From: the human T2T-CHM13v2.0 reference genome, Homo sapiens
Direction: 5' to 3'
Length of the DNA: 64,000 bases
Assembly: GCA_009914755.4 (NCBI GenBank)
Contig: CP086569.2
Span: 51,200,001-51,264,000, forward strand
Part shown: positions 42,849-57,059 of the stretch, piece by piece
Layout of the letters: every line of letters starts with the position of its first letter
Position numbering within the stretch: position 1 is the stretch's first letter
The notes under the pieces: model-generated
Told to the model about the DNA's origin: nothing
The model's input: the letters and a program-made list of their open reading frames with translations, nothing else
Databases searched by the model: none
Made by a program: the position numbers and the translations under genes

Positions 42849-45800
42849 ATTAAATGGAAATGAATCAAATTGAATAGCACGGAATTGAATTGAATGGAAT
42901 GGAATGCAATGGAATCTAATGAAACGGAAAGGAAAGGAATGGAATGGAATGGAATGGACTGGAATGGAAAGGAATCGAAACGAATGGAATGGAATCGAAC
43001 TGAAGAGACTGGAATGGAATGCACTGGAATGGAAGGGAGTGTAATGGAAGGTTCTCGAAAAAAATGGAATCGAATGGAATGGAATTGAATGGAACGGAAT
43101 AGAGTCGAATGGAATTGAATGGAATGGAATGGACTAGAGTGAAATGGAATCGAACCACAAGGAATGGACATGAATAGAATGGTCTCGAATTCAATGGAAT
43201 CGTATGGAATGGCATCAAACGGAATGGAATGGACAGCCACGGAATGGAATGCACTCGAATGCAATGGAGTCGAAACTAATGGACTGGAATAGAATGGACT
43301 CGACTGGTACGGACTCCAATGGAATGGAATCGAATGGAAGGGAATCGAACGGAATGGACTCGAAGGGAAAAGACTGCAATGGAAAGGTCTCGAATGGAAT
43401 GGAAATTAATGGAATGGAATGGAATCGAATGAAATGTAGTCAAAAGGAATGGAATCGTATGGCAAGAAATCGAATGTAATGGAATCACAAGGAATTGATG
43501 TGAACGGAACGGAATGGAATGGAATCCAAAGGAATGGAATAGAATGGAATGGAATCGAATGGAAAGGACTCGAATGGAAATCACTCGAATAGAATGCAAT
43601 TTAATAAAATAGGATCAAATGTAATGGAATGGAATGAAAAGGAATCGAAACGAAAGGAATGGAGACAGATGGAATGGAATGGAACAGAGAGCAATGGTAT
43701 GGAATGGAATGGAATCATCTGGAATGGAATTGAATGGAATGGAATAATATGAAATGGAATGGAATGGAATGGAATGGAATGCCCTTGAATTAAATGGACT
43801 GGAATGGAATGGACTCGAACAGAGTGGAATGGAAAGTGTTGAGATAGAATGGAATGGACTCCTTTGGAATGGTGTAGTATGCAATGCAATCGACTGGCAG
43901 GGAATCAAAAGGAATGTAATCGAATGGATTGGACTGGAATGCAATGGACTCGAATAGATTGGAAACGGAATGCAAAGGAATGGAATGGAATAGTATGGAA
44001 TGGAATGGAAAGGAATGGAGTGGAATAGACTAGAGTGGAATGGAATGGACTGGAAAGCAATGGACTGGAATGGAACTTTCTTGAATGGACTGGAATCAAA
44101 CGGAATGGAATGCAATGCAATCAAATGGCATGGAATAAAATAGAATGAAAGAGAATCAAATGGAATTGAATCGAATGGAATCGAATGGATTGGAAAGGAA
44201 TAGAATGGAATGGAATGGAATTGACTCAAATGGAATGGACTAGAATGGAATGGATTCGAATGGAAGGCAAAGGAATGGAATCTATTGGAATGGACTGTAA
44301 TGGAATGGAATGGAAGGGATTGGAATGGGCTCGAATGGAATGGACTGCAATAGAAAGGATTCGAATGGAATGAAAAAGAATTGAATGGAATAGAACAGAA
44401 TGGAATCAAATCGAATGAAATGGAATGGAATAGAAAGGAATGGAATGAAATGGAATGGAAAGGATTCGAATGGAATGCAATCGAATGGAATGGAATCGAA
44501 CGGAATGGAATAAAATGGAAGAAAACTGGCAAGAAATGGAATCGAAATGAATGGAGTGTTATGGAAGGGAGTCAAAAGGAATTGAATGTAATAGAATGGA
44601 GTGGAGTGGACTCGAATATAATGGACTGGAATGGAATGAAATCACATGGAATGGGAACGAATGGAATGGAATGGAAAGGAATGGAATCGAATGGAAAGGA
44701 ATCGAATGGAAGGGAATGAAATTGAATCAACAGGAATGGAAGGGAATAGAATAGACGGTAATGGAATGGACTCGAATAGAATGGACAGGAATGCTCAAAT
44801 TGAATGGACTCGAATGGAATGGAAACGAAATGAATGTCATCGAATGGAATTGAATCGATTGGAATGAAATCATATAGAATGGAGTGGAATCAAATGGAAT
44901 TGAATCGAAAGGAAAGGAAACAAATGGACTGAAATGAAATGGAATGGAATTGAATGGAAAGTTATGTAATGGAATAGAATGGAACGAAATTTCACGGAAT
45001 GGAATCAAACTGAATGGAATCAAATCAATGGAATCAAATCAAATGGAATGGAAAGGAATTGAATGGAGTAGATTGGATTGGATGGGATTGGAATGAAATG
45101 TACTGGAAAGGAATCGAATTTCTTGAAACGGAATGGAATGAATTGGAACGGAACGGACTCGAATGGAATGGAATGTCATGGAATGGCATCAAATGGAATG
45201 GCATCAAATGGAATGGAATCGAATGCAATGGAATGCTATGGAATGGAATGGAATGCATTGGAATGGAATGTCCTCTAATGGAATGGATTCGAGTGGAATG
45301 GAATCGAATATAATGGAGTCGAATGAAATGGAATTGAAAGGAATGGGATCGAATAGAATGGAATATACTGGAATGTAATGTAATGAACTCGAATGTAATT
45401 GACTGGAATGGAATGTACATGAATGGAAGGTAATCGAATGGAAAGTAATCCAATGGAATAGAATCTAATGCAATAAAACCGACTCAGATAGAGTAGAATG
45501 TAATGGAATGGAGTGCAGTGCAATGGAATGGAATGGAATTGAATGCAATGGAATGGAATGGAATGGAATGGAATGGAATGGAATGGAATGGAATGGAATG
45601 GGATGGAATGGTATGGAATGGATAGAAATGGACTGGAGTGAAATGGACTGGAAAGGAATGGACTCAAATTGAAAGGGCTCGAAAGGAATGGAGTCAAATG
45701 GAATGGTCTGGAATGGAATGAACACGAATGTAATGCAATCCAATAGAATGGAATCGAATGGCATGGAATATAAAGAAATGGATACGAAGAGAATGGAAAC

Positions 45801-46422
45801 AAATGGAATGGAATTGAATGGAATGGAATTGAATGGAATGGGAAAGAATGGAGTGAAATTGTATGCAGTAGAAGGGAATAGAATGGAATGCAAGCGAAAG
45901 GAAAGGAATGGATTGGAATGGAATGGAATTCATTGGAATGGAAGGGAATTTAGTGTAATGGACAGGCCTGGAATAAAGTGGAATGCTACGGTCTCGAATG
46001 GAATAAAAATGTATGGAATGGAATGCAATGAAACGGAATCGAATGTCATAGAATGTAATGGAATGCAAAAAAATGGAATCCAAAATCATTGACTGGAAAG
46101 GCTGGGTGTCGAAAGGAATTGACTCCAATGGAATGGAATCGAATGGAATGGAAGTGAATAGAATCGAACTAAATCGAATGGAATGGAATTGATAGGAACG
46201 GAATGGAAAGGAATGCAATGATTTGGCATGGAATGGAATCGAATGGCATCGAATGGAATGGAATGGAATGCAATGGAATGGAATGTATTAGAATGTAATG
46301 AACTTTAATGGAATGTACTCGAATGGATTCGACTGGAATGGAATGTTCTGGAAGTGAATGGACTCCAATGGAATGGATTCAAAAGGAATGGAATCGTACG
46401 GAATGGAATCTAATGGAATGGA
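42849..46422 (+). repeat. HOR unit 13 (3574 bp), family E, approximately equal to unit 11. Carries a unit-private extra GAATTC at 43187-43192.
   Basis: Anchors at 42849 and 46423. Confidence 0.9.
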
Positions 46423-49400
46423 ATTAAATGGAAATGAATCAAATTGAATAGCACGGAATTGAATTGAATGGAATGGAATGCAATGGAATCTAATGAAACG
46501 GAAAGGAAAGGAATGGAATGGAATGGAATGGGCTGGAATGGAAAGGAATCGAAACGAATGGAATGGAATCGAACTGAAGAGACTGGAATGGAATGCACTG
46601 GAATGGAAGGGAGTGTAATGGAAGGTTCTCGAAAAAAATGGAATCGAATGGAATGGAATTGAATGGAACGGAATAGAGTCGAATGGAATTGAATGGAATG
46701 GAATGGACTAGAGTGAAATGGAATCGAACCACAAGGAATGGAGAGGAATAGAATGGTCTCGAATTGAATGGAATCATATGGAATGGCATCAAACGGAATG
46801 GAATGGACAGCCACGGAATGGAATGCACTCGAATGCAATGGAGTCGAAACTAATGGACTGGAATAGAATGGACTCGACTGGTACGGACTCCAATGGAATG
46901 GAATCGAATGGAAGGGAATCGAACGGAATGGACTCGAAGGGAAAAGACTGCAATGGAAAGGTCTCGAATGGAATGGAAATTAATGGAATGGAATGGAATC
47001 GAATGAAATGTAGTCAAAAGGAATGGAATCGAATGGCAAGAAATCGAATGTAATGGAATCGCAAGGAATTGATGTGAACGGAACGGAATGGAATGGAATC
47101 CAAAGGAATGGAATAGAATGGAATGGAATCGAATGGAAAGGACTCGAATGGAAATCACTCGAATAGAATGCAATTTAATAAAATAGGATCAAATATAATG
47201 GAATGGAATGGAAAGGAATCGAAACGAAAGGAATGGAGACAGATGGAATGGAATAGAACAGAGAGCAATGGTATAGAATGGAATGGAATCATCTGGAATG
47301 GAATTGAATGGAATGGAATAATATGAAATGGAATGGAATGGAATGGAATGGAATGCCCTTGAATTAAATGGACTGGAATGGAATGGACTCGAACAGAGTG
47401 GAATGGAAAGTGTTGAGATAGAATGGAATGGACTCCTTTGGAATGGTGTAGTATGCAATGCAATCGACTGGCAGGGAATCAAAAGGAATGTAATCGAATG
47501 GATTGGACTGGAATGCAATGGACTCGAATAGATTGGAAACGGGATGCAAAGGAATGGAATGGAATAGTATGGAATGGAATGGAAAGGAATGGAGTGGAAT
47601 AGACTAGAGTGGAATGGAATGGACTGGAAAGCAATGGACTGGAATGGAACTTTCTTGAATGGACTGGAATCAAACGGAATGGAATGCAATGCAATCAAAT
47701 GGCATGGAATAAAATAGAATGAAAGAGAATCAAATGGAATTGAATCGAATGGAATCGAATGGATTGGAAAGGAATAGAATGGAATGGAATGGAATTGACT
47801 CAAATGGAATGGACTAGAATGGAATGGATTCGAATGGAAGGCAAAGGAATGGAATCTATTGGAATGGACTGTAATGGAATGGAATGGAAGGGATTGGAAT
47901 GGACTCGAATGGAATGGACTGCAATAGAAAGGATTCGAATGGAATGAAAAAGAATTGAATGGAATAGAACAGAATGGAATCAAATCGAATGAAATGGAAT
48001 GGAATAGAAAGGAATGGAATGAAATGGAATGGAAAGGATTCGAATGGAATGCAATCGAATGGAATGGAATCGAACGGAATGGAATAAAATGGAAGAAAAC
48101 TGGCAAGAAATGGAATCGAAATGAATGGAGTGTTATGGAACGGACTCAAAAGGAATTGAATGTAATAGAATGGAGTGGAGTGGACTCGAATATAATGGAC
48201 TGGAATGGAATGAAATCACATGGAATGGGAACGAATGGAATGGAATGGAAAGGAATGGAATCGAATGGAAAGGAATCGAATGGAAGGGAATGAAATTGAA
48301 TCAACAGGAATGGAAGGGAATAGAATAGACGGTAATGGAATGGACTCGAATAGAATGGACACGAATGCTCAAATTGAATGGACTCGAATGGAATGGAAAC
48401 GAAAGGAATGTCATCGAATGGAATTGAATCGATTGGAATGAAATCGCACAGAATGGAGTGGAATCAAATGGAATTGAATCGAAAGGAAAGGAAGCGAATG
48501 GACTGAAATGAAATGGAATGGAATTGAATGGAAAGTAATGCAATGGAATAGAATGGAACTAAATTTCACGGAATGGAATCAAACTGAATGGAATCAAATC
48601 AATGGAATCAAATCAAATGGAATGGAAAGGAATTGAATGGAGTAGATTGGATTGGATGGGATTGGAATGAAATGTACTGGAAAGGACTCGAATTTCATGA
48701 AACGGAATGGAATGAATTGGAACGGAATGGACTCGAATGGAATGGAATGTCATGGAATGGCATCAAATGGAATGGCATCAAATGGAATGGAATCGAATGC
48801 AATGGAATGCTATGGAATGGAATGGAATGCATTGGAATGGAATGTCCTCTAATGGAATGGATTCGAGTGGAATGGAATCGAATATAATGGAGTCGAATGA
48901 AATGGAATTGAAAGGAATGGGATCGAATACAATGGAATATACTGGAATGTAATGTAATGAACTCGAATGTAATTGACTGGAATGGAATGTACATGAATGG
49001 AATGTAATCGAATGGAAAGTAATCCAATGGAATAGAATCTAATGCAATAAAATCGACTCAGATAGAGTAGAATGTAATGGAATGGAGTGCAGTGCAATGG
49101 AATGGAATGGAATGGAATGCAATTGAATGGAATGGAATGGAATGGAATGGAATGGAATGGGATGGAATGGTATGGAATGGATAGTAATGGACTGGAGTGA
49201 AATGGACTGGAAAGGAATGGACTCAAATTGAAAGGGCTCGAAAGGAATGGAGTCAAATGGAATGGTCTGGAATGGAATGAACACGAATGTATTGCAATCC
49301 AATAGAATGGAATCGAATGGCATGGAATATAAAGAAATGGAATCGGAGAGAATGGAAACAAATGGAATAGAATTGAATGGAATGGAATTGAATGGAATGG

Positions 49401-49981
49401 GAACGAATGGAGTGAAATTGTATGCAGTAGAAGGGAATAGAATGGAATGCAAGCGAAAGGAAAGGAATGGATTGGAATGGAATGGAATTCATTGGAATGG
49501 AAGGGAATGTAGTGTAATGGACAGGCCTGGAATAAAGTGGAATGCTACGGTCTCGAATGGAATAAAAATGTATGGAATGGAATGCAATGAAATGGAATCG
49601 AATGTCATAGAATGTAATGGAATGCAACAAAATGGAATCCAAAATCATTGACTGGAAAGGCTGGGTGTCGAAAGGAATTGACTCCAATGGAATGGAATCG
49701 AATGGAATGGAAGTGAATAGAATCGAACTAAATCGAATGGAATGGAATTGATAGGAACGGAATGGAAAGGAATGCAATGATTTGGCATGGAATGGAATCG
49801 AATGGCATCGAATGGAATGGAATGGAATGCAATGGAATGGAATGTATTAGAATGTAATGAACTTTAATGGAATGTACTCGAATGGATTCGACTGGAATGG
49901 AATGTTCTGGAAGTGAATGGACTCCAATGGAATGGATTCAAAAGGAATGGAATCGTACGGAATGGAATCTAATGGAATGGA
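46423..49981 (+). repeat. HOR unit 14 (3559 bp). B-like over the 47123-48106 region.
   Basis: Anchors at 46423 and 49982. Confidence 0.9.
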
Positions 49982-52900
49982 ATTAAATGGAAATGAATCA
50001 AATTGAATAGCACGGAATTGAATTGAATGGAATGGAATGCAATGGAATCTAATGAAACGGAAAGGAAAGGAATGGAATGGAATGGAATGGGCTGGAATGG
50101 AAAGGAATCGAAACGAATGGAATGGAATCGAACTGAAGAGACTGGAATGGAATGCACTGGAATGGAAGGGAGTGTAATGGAAGGTTCTCGAAAAAAATGG
50201 AATCGAATGGAATGGAATTGAATGGAACGGAATAGAGTCGAATGGAATTGAATGGAATGGAATGGACTAGAGTGAAATGGAATCGAACCACAAGGAATGG
50301 AGAGGAATAGAATGGTCTCGAATTGAATGGAATCATATGGAATGGCATCAAACGGAATGGAATGGACAGCCACGGAATGGAATGCACTCGAATGCAATGG
50401 AGTCGAAACTAATGGACTGGAATAGAATGGACTCGACTGGTACGGACTCCAATGGAATGGAATCGAATGGAAGGGAATCGAACGGAATGGACTCGAAGGG
50501 AAAAGACTGCAATGGAAAGGTCTCGAATGGAATGGAAATTAATGGAATGGAATGGAATCGAATGAAATGGAGTCAAAAGGAATGGAATCGAATGGCAAGA
50601 AATCGAATGTAATGGAATCGCAAGGAATTGATGTGAACGGAACGGAATGGAATGGAATCCAAAGGAATGGAATAGAATGGAATGGAATCGAATGGAAAGG
50701 ACTCGAATGGAAATCACTCGAATAGAATGCAATTTAATAAAATAGGATCAAATGTAATGGAATGGAATGGAAAGGAATCGAAACGAAAGGAATGGAGACA
50801 GATGGAATGGAATGGAACAGAGAGCAATGGTATAGAATGGAATGGAATCATCTGGAATGGAATTGAATGGAATGGAATAATATGAAATGGAATGGAATGG
50901 AATGGAATGGAATGCCCTTGAATTAAATGGACTGGAATGGAATGGACTCGAACAGAGTGGAATGGAAAGTGTTGAGATAGAATGGAATGGACTCCTTTGG
51001 AATGGTGTAGTATGCAATGCAATCGACTGGCAGGGAATCAAAAGGAATGTAATCGAATGGATTGGACTGGAATGCAATGGACTCGAATAGATTGGAAACG
51101 GAATGCAAAGGAATGGAATGGAATAGTATGGAATGGAATGGAAAGGAATGGAGTGGAATAGACTAGAGTGGAATGGAATGGACTGGAAAGCAATGGACTG
51201 GAATGGAACTTTCTTGAATGGACTGGAATCAAACGGAATGGAATGCAATGCAATCAAATGGCATGGAATAAAATAGAATGAAAGAGAATCAAATGGAATT
51301 GAATCGAATGGAATCGAATGGATTGGAAAGGAATAGAATGGAATGGAATGGAATTGACTCAAATGGAATGGACTAGAATGGAATGGATTCGAATGGAAGG
51401 CAAAGGAATGGAATCTATTGGAATGGACTGTAATGGAATGGAATGGAAGGGATTGGAATGGGCTCGAATGGAATGGACTGCAATAGAAAGGATTCGAATG
51501 GAATGAAAAAGAATTGAATGGAATAGAACAGAATGGAATCAAATCGAATGAAATGGAATGGAATAGAAAGGAATGGAATGAAATGGAATGGAAAGGATTC
51601 GAATGGAATGCAATCGAATGGAATGGAATCGAACGGAATGGAATAAAATGGAAGAAAACTGGCAAGAAATGGAATCGAAATGAATGGAGTGTTATGGAAC
51701 GGAGTCAAAAGGAATTGAATGTAATAGAATGGAGTGGAGTGGACTCGAATATAATGGACTGGAATGGAATGAAATCACATGGAATGGGAACGAATGGAAT
51801 GGAATGGAAAGGAATGGAATCGAATGGAAAGGAATCGAATGGAAGGGAATGCAATTGAATCAACAGGAATGGAAGGGAATAGAATAGACGGTAATGGAAT
51901 GGACTCGAATAGAATGGACAGGAATGCTCAAATTGAATGGACTCGAATGGAATGGAAACGAAAGGAATGTCATCGAATGGAATTGAATCGATTGGAATGA
52001 AATCATATAGAATGGAGTGGAATCAAATGGAATTGAATCGAAAGGAAAGGAAACAAATGGACTGAAATGAAATGGAATGGAATTGAATGGAAAGTTATGT
52101 AATGGAATAGAGTGGAACGAAATTTCACGGAATTTATTCAAACTGAATGGAATCAAATCAATGGAATCAAATCAAATGGAATGGAAAGGAATTGAATGGA
52201 GTAGTTTGGATTGGATGGGATTGGAATGAAATGTACTGGAAAGGACTCGAATTTCATGAAACGGATTGGAATGAATTGGAACGGAACGGACTCGAATGGA
52301 ATGGAATGTCATGGAATGGCATCAAATGGAATGGCATCAAATGGAATGGAATCGAATGCAATGGAATGCTATGGAATGGAATGGAATGCATTGGAATGGA
52401 ATGTCCTCTAATGGAATGGATTCGAGTGGAATGGAATCGAATATAATGGAGTCGAATGAAATGGAACTGAAAGGAATGGGATCGAATACAATGGAATATA
52501 CTGGAATGTAATGTAATGAACTCGAATGTAATTGACTGGAATGGAATGTACATGAATGGAATGTAATCGAATGGAAAGTAATCCAATGGAATAGAATCTG
52601 ATGCAATAAAATCGACTCAGATAGAGTAGAATGTAATGGAATGGAGTGCAGTGCAATGGAATGGAATGGAATGCAATGGAATGGAATGGAATGGAATGGA
52701 ATGGAATGGAATGGAATGGTGTGGAATGGATAGTAATGGACTGGAGTGAAATGGACTGGAAAGGAATGGACTCAAATTGAAAGGGCTCGAAAGGAATGGA
52801 GTCAAATGGAATGGTCTGGAATGGAATGAACACGAATGTAATGCAATCCAATAGAATGGAATCGAATGGCATGGAATATAAAGAAATGGAATCGAAGAGA

Positions 52901-53530
52901 ATGGAAACAAATGGAATGGAATTGAGTGGAATCGAATTGAATGGAATGGGAACGAATGGAGTGAAATTGTATGCAGTAGAAGAGAATAGAATGGAATGCA
53001 AGCGAAAGGAAAGGAATGGATTGGAATGGAATGGAATTCATTGGAATGGAAGGGAATGTAGTGTAATGGACAGGCCTGGAATAAAGTGGAATGCTACGGT
53101 CTCGAATGGAATAAAAATGTATGGAATGGAATGCAATGAAACGGAATAGAATGTCATAGAATGTAATGGAATGCAACAAAATGGAATCCAAAATCATTGA
53201 CTGGAAAGGCTGGGTGTCGAAAGGAATTGACTCCAATGGAATGGAATCGAATGGAATGGAAGTGAATAGAATCGAACTAAATCGAATGGAATGGAATTGA
53301 TAGGAACGGAATGGAAAGGAATGCAATGATTTGGCATGGAATGGAATCGAATGGCATCGAATGGAATGGAATGGAATGCAATGGAATGGAATGTATTAGA
53401 ATGTAATGAACTTTAATGGAATGTACTCGAATGGATTCGACTGGAATGGAATGTTCTGGAAGTGAATGGACTCCAATGGAATGGATTCAAAAGGAATGGA
53501 ATCGTACGGAATGGAATCTAATGGAATGGA
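49982..53530 (+). repeat. HOR unit 15 (3549 bp)
   Basis: Anchors at 49982 and 53531. Confidence 0.9.
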
Positions 53531-56500
53531 ATTAAATGGAAATGAATCAAATTGAATAGCACGGAATTGAATTGAATGGAATGGAATGCAATGGAATCTA
53601 ATGAAACGGAAAGGAAAGGAATGGAATGGAATGGAATGGGCTGGAATGGAAAGGAATCGAAACGAATGGAATGGAATCGAACTGAAGAGACTGGAATGGA
53701 ATGCACTGGAATGGAAGGGAGTGTAATGGAAGGTTCTCGAAAAAAATGGAATCGAATGGAATGGAATTGAATGGAACGGAATAGAGTCGAATGGAATTGA
53801 ATGGAATGGAATGGACTAGAGTGAAATGGAATCGAACCACAAGGAATGGAGAGGAATAGAATGGTCTCGAATTGAATGGAATCATATGGAATGGCATCAA
53901 ACGGAATGGAATGGACAGCCACGGAATGGAATGCACTCGAATGCAATGGAGTCGAAACTAATGGACTGGAATAGAATGGACTCGACTGGTACGGACTCCA
54001 ATGGAATGGAATCGAATGGAAGGGAATCGAACGGAATGGACTCGAAGGGAAAAGACTGCAATGGAAAGGTCTCGAATGGAATGGAAATTAATGGAATGGA
54101 ATGGAATCGAATGAAATGGAGTCAAAAGGAATGGAATCGAATGGCAAGAAATCGAATGTAATGGAATCGCAAGGAATTGATGTGAACGGAACGGAATGGA
54201 ATGGAATCCAAAGGAATGGAATAGAATGGAATGGAATCGAATGGAAAGGACTCGAATGGAAATCACTCGAATAGAATGCAATTTAATAAAATAGGATCAA
54301 ATGTAATGGAATGGAATGGAAAGGAATCGAAACGAAAGGAATGGAGACAGATGGAATGGAATGGAACAGAGAGCAATGGTATAGAATGGAATGGAATCAT
54401 CTGGAATGGAATTGAATGGAATGGAATAATATGAAATGGAATGGAATGGAATGGAATGGAATGCCCTTGAATTAAATGGACTGGAATGGAATGGACTCGA
54501 ACAGAGTGGAATGGAAAGTGTTGAGATAGAATGGAATGGACTCCTTTGGAATGGTGTAGTATGCAATGCAATCGACTGGCAGGGAATCAAAAGGAATGTA
54601 ATGGAATGGATTGGACTGGAATGCAATGGACTCGAATAGATTGGAAACGGAATGCAAAGGAATGGAATGGAATAGTATGGAATGGAATGGAAAGGAATGG
54701 AGTGGAATAGACTAGAGTGGAATGGAATGGACTGGAAAGCAATGGACTGGAATGGAACTTTCTTGAATGGACTGGAATCAAACGGAATGGAATGCAATGC
54801 AATCAAATGGCATGGAATAAAATAGAATGAAAGAGAATCAAATGGAATTGAATCGAATGGAATCGAATGGATTGGAAAGGAATAGAATGGAATGGAATGG
54901 AATTGACTCAAATGGAATGGACTAGAATGGAATGGATTCGAATGGAAGGCAAAGGAATGGAATCTATTGGAATGGACTGTAATGGAATGGAATGGAAGGG
55001 ATTGGAATGGGCTCGAATGGAATGGACTGCAATAGAAAGAATTCGAATGGAATGAAAAAGAATTGAATGGAATAGAACAGAATGGAATCAAATCGAATGA
55101 AATGGAATGGAATAGAAAGGAATGGAATGAAATGGAATGGAAAGGATTCGAATGGAATGCAATCGAATGGAATGGAATCGAACGGAATGGAATAAAATGG
55201 AAGAAAACTGGCAAGAAATGGAATCGAAATGAATGGAGTGTTATGGAACGGAGTCAAAAGGAATTGAATGTAATAGAATGGAGTGGAGTGGACTCGAATA
55301 TAATGGACTGGAATGGAATGAAATCACATGGAATGGGAACGAATGGAATGGAATGGAAAGGAATGGAATCGAATGGAAAGGAATCGAATGGAAGGGAATG
55401 CAATTGAATCAACAGGAATGGAAGGGAATAGAATAGACGGTAATGGAATGGACTCGAATAGAATGGACAGGAATGCTCAAATTGAATGGAAACGAAAGGA
55501 ATGTCATCGAATGGAATTGAATCGATTGGAATGAAATCATATAGAATGGAGTGGAATCAAATGGAATTGAATCGAAAGGAAAGGAAACAAATGGACTGAA
55601 ATGAAATGGAATGGAATTGAATGGAAAGTTATGTAATGGAATAGAGTGGAACGAAATTTCACGGAATGGATTCAAACTGAATGGAATCAAATCAATGGAA
55701 TCAAATCAAATGGAATGGAAAGGAATTGAATGGAGTAGTTTGGATTGGATGGGATTGGAATGAAATGTACTGGAAAGGACTCGAATTTCATGAAACGGAA
55801 TGGAATGAATTGGAACGGAACGGACTCGAATGGAATGGAATGTCATGGAATGGCATCAAATGGAATGGCATCAAATGGAATGGAATCGAATGCAATGGAA
55901 TGCTATGGAATGGAATGGAATGCATTGGAATGGAATGTCCTCTAATGGAATGGATTCGAGTGGAATGGAATCGAATATAATGGAGTCGAATGAAATGGAA
56001 CTGAAAGGAATGGGATCGAATACAATGGAATATACTGGAATGTAATGTAATGAACTCGAATGTAATTGACTGGAATGGAATGTACATGAATGGAATGTAA
56101 TCGAATGGAAAGTAATCCAATGGAATAGAATCTAATGCAATAAAATCGACTCAGATAGAGTAGAATGTAATGGAATGGAGTGCAGTGCAATGGAATGGAA
56201 TGGAATGCAATGGAATGGAATGGAATGGAATGGAATGGAATGGAATGGTGTGGAATGGATAGTAATGGACTGGAGTGAAATGGACTGGAAAGGAATGGAC
56301 TCAAATTGAAAGGGCTCGAAAGGAATGGAGTCAAATGGAATGGTCTGGAATGGAATGAACACGAATGTAATGCAATCCAATAGAATGGAATCGAATGGCA
56401 TGGAATATAAAGAAATGGAATCGAAGAGAATGGAAACAAATGGAATGGAATTGAGTGGAATCGAATTGAATGGAATGGGAACGAATGGAGTGAAATTGTA

Positions 56501-57059
56501 TGCAGTAGAAGAGAATAGAATGGAATGCAAGCGAAAGGAAAGGAATGGATTGGAATGGAATGGAATTCATTGGAATGGAAGGGAATGTAGTGTAATGGAC
56601 AGGCCTGGAATAAAGTGGAATGCTACGGTCTCGAATGGAATAAAAATGTATGGAATGGAATGCAATGAAACGGAATCGAATGTCATAGAATGTAATGGAA
56701 TGCAACAAAATGGAATCCAAAATCATTGACTGGAAAGGCTGGGTGTCGAAAGGAATTGACTCCAATGGAATGGAATCGAATGGAATGGAAGTGAATAGAA
56801 TCGAACTAAATCGAATGGAATGGAATTGATAGGAACGGAATGGAAAGGAATGCAATGATTTGGCATGGAATGGAATCGAATGGCATCGAATGGAATGGAA
56901 TGGAATGCAATGGAATGGAATGTATTAGAATGTAATGAACTTTAATGGAATGTACTCGAATGGATTCGACTGGAATGGAATGTTCTGGAAGTGAATGGAC
57001 TCCAATGGAATGGATTCCAAAGGAATGCAATCGTACGGAATGGAATCTAATGGAATGGA
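53531..57059 (+). repeat. HOR unit 16 (3529 bp, the shortest). Contains a 15-bp deletion at ~55489/55490 and an extra GAATTC at 55039-55044.
   Basis: Anchors at 53531 and 57060. Confidence 0.9.

Noticed and set aside
47521-47540. CENP-B-box-like motif: attggaaacgggatg in unit 14 (attggaaacggaatg in all other units, e.g. 1110-1125)
   Set aside because: The unit-14 variant matches the 3' half of the 17-bp CENP-B box (TTGGAAACGGGA), but the essential 5' TTCG is replaced by TAGA. That is about 13/17 matches with a core element missing. It is most likely a chance resemblance in GGAA-rich sequence.
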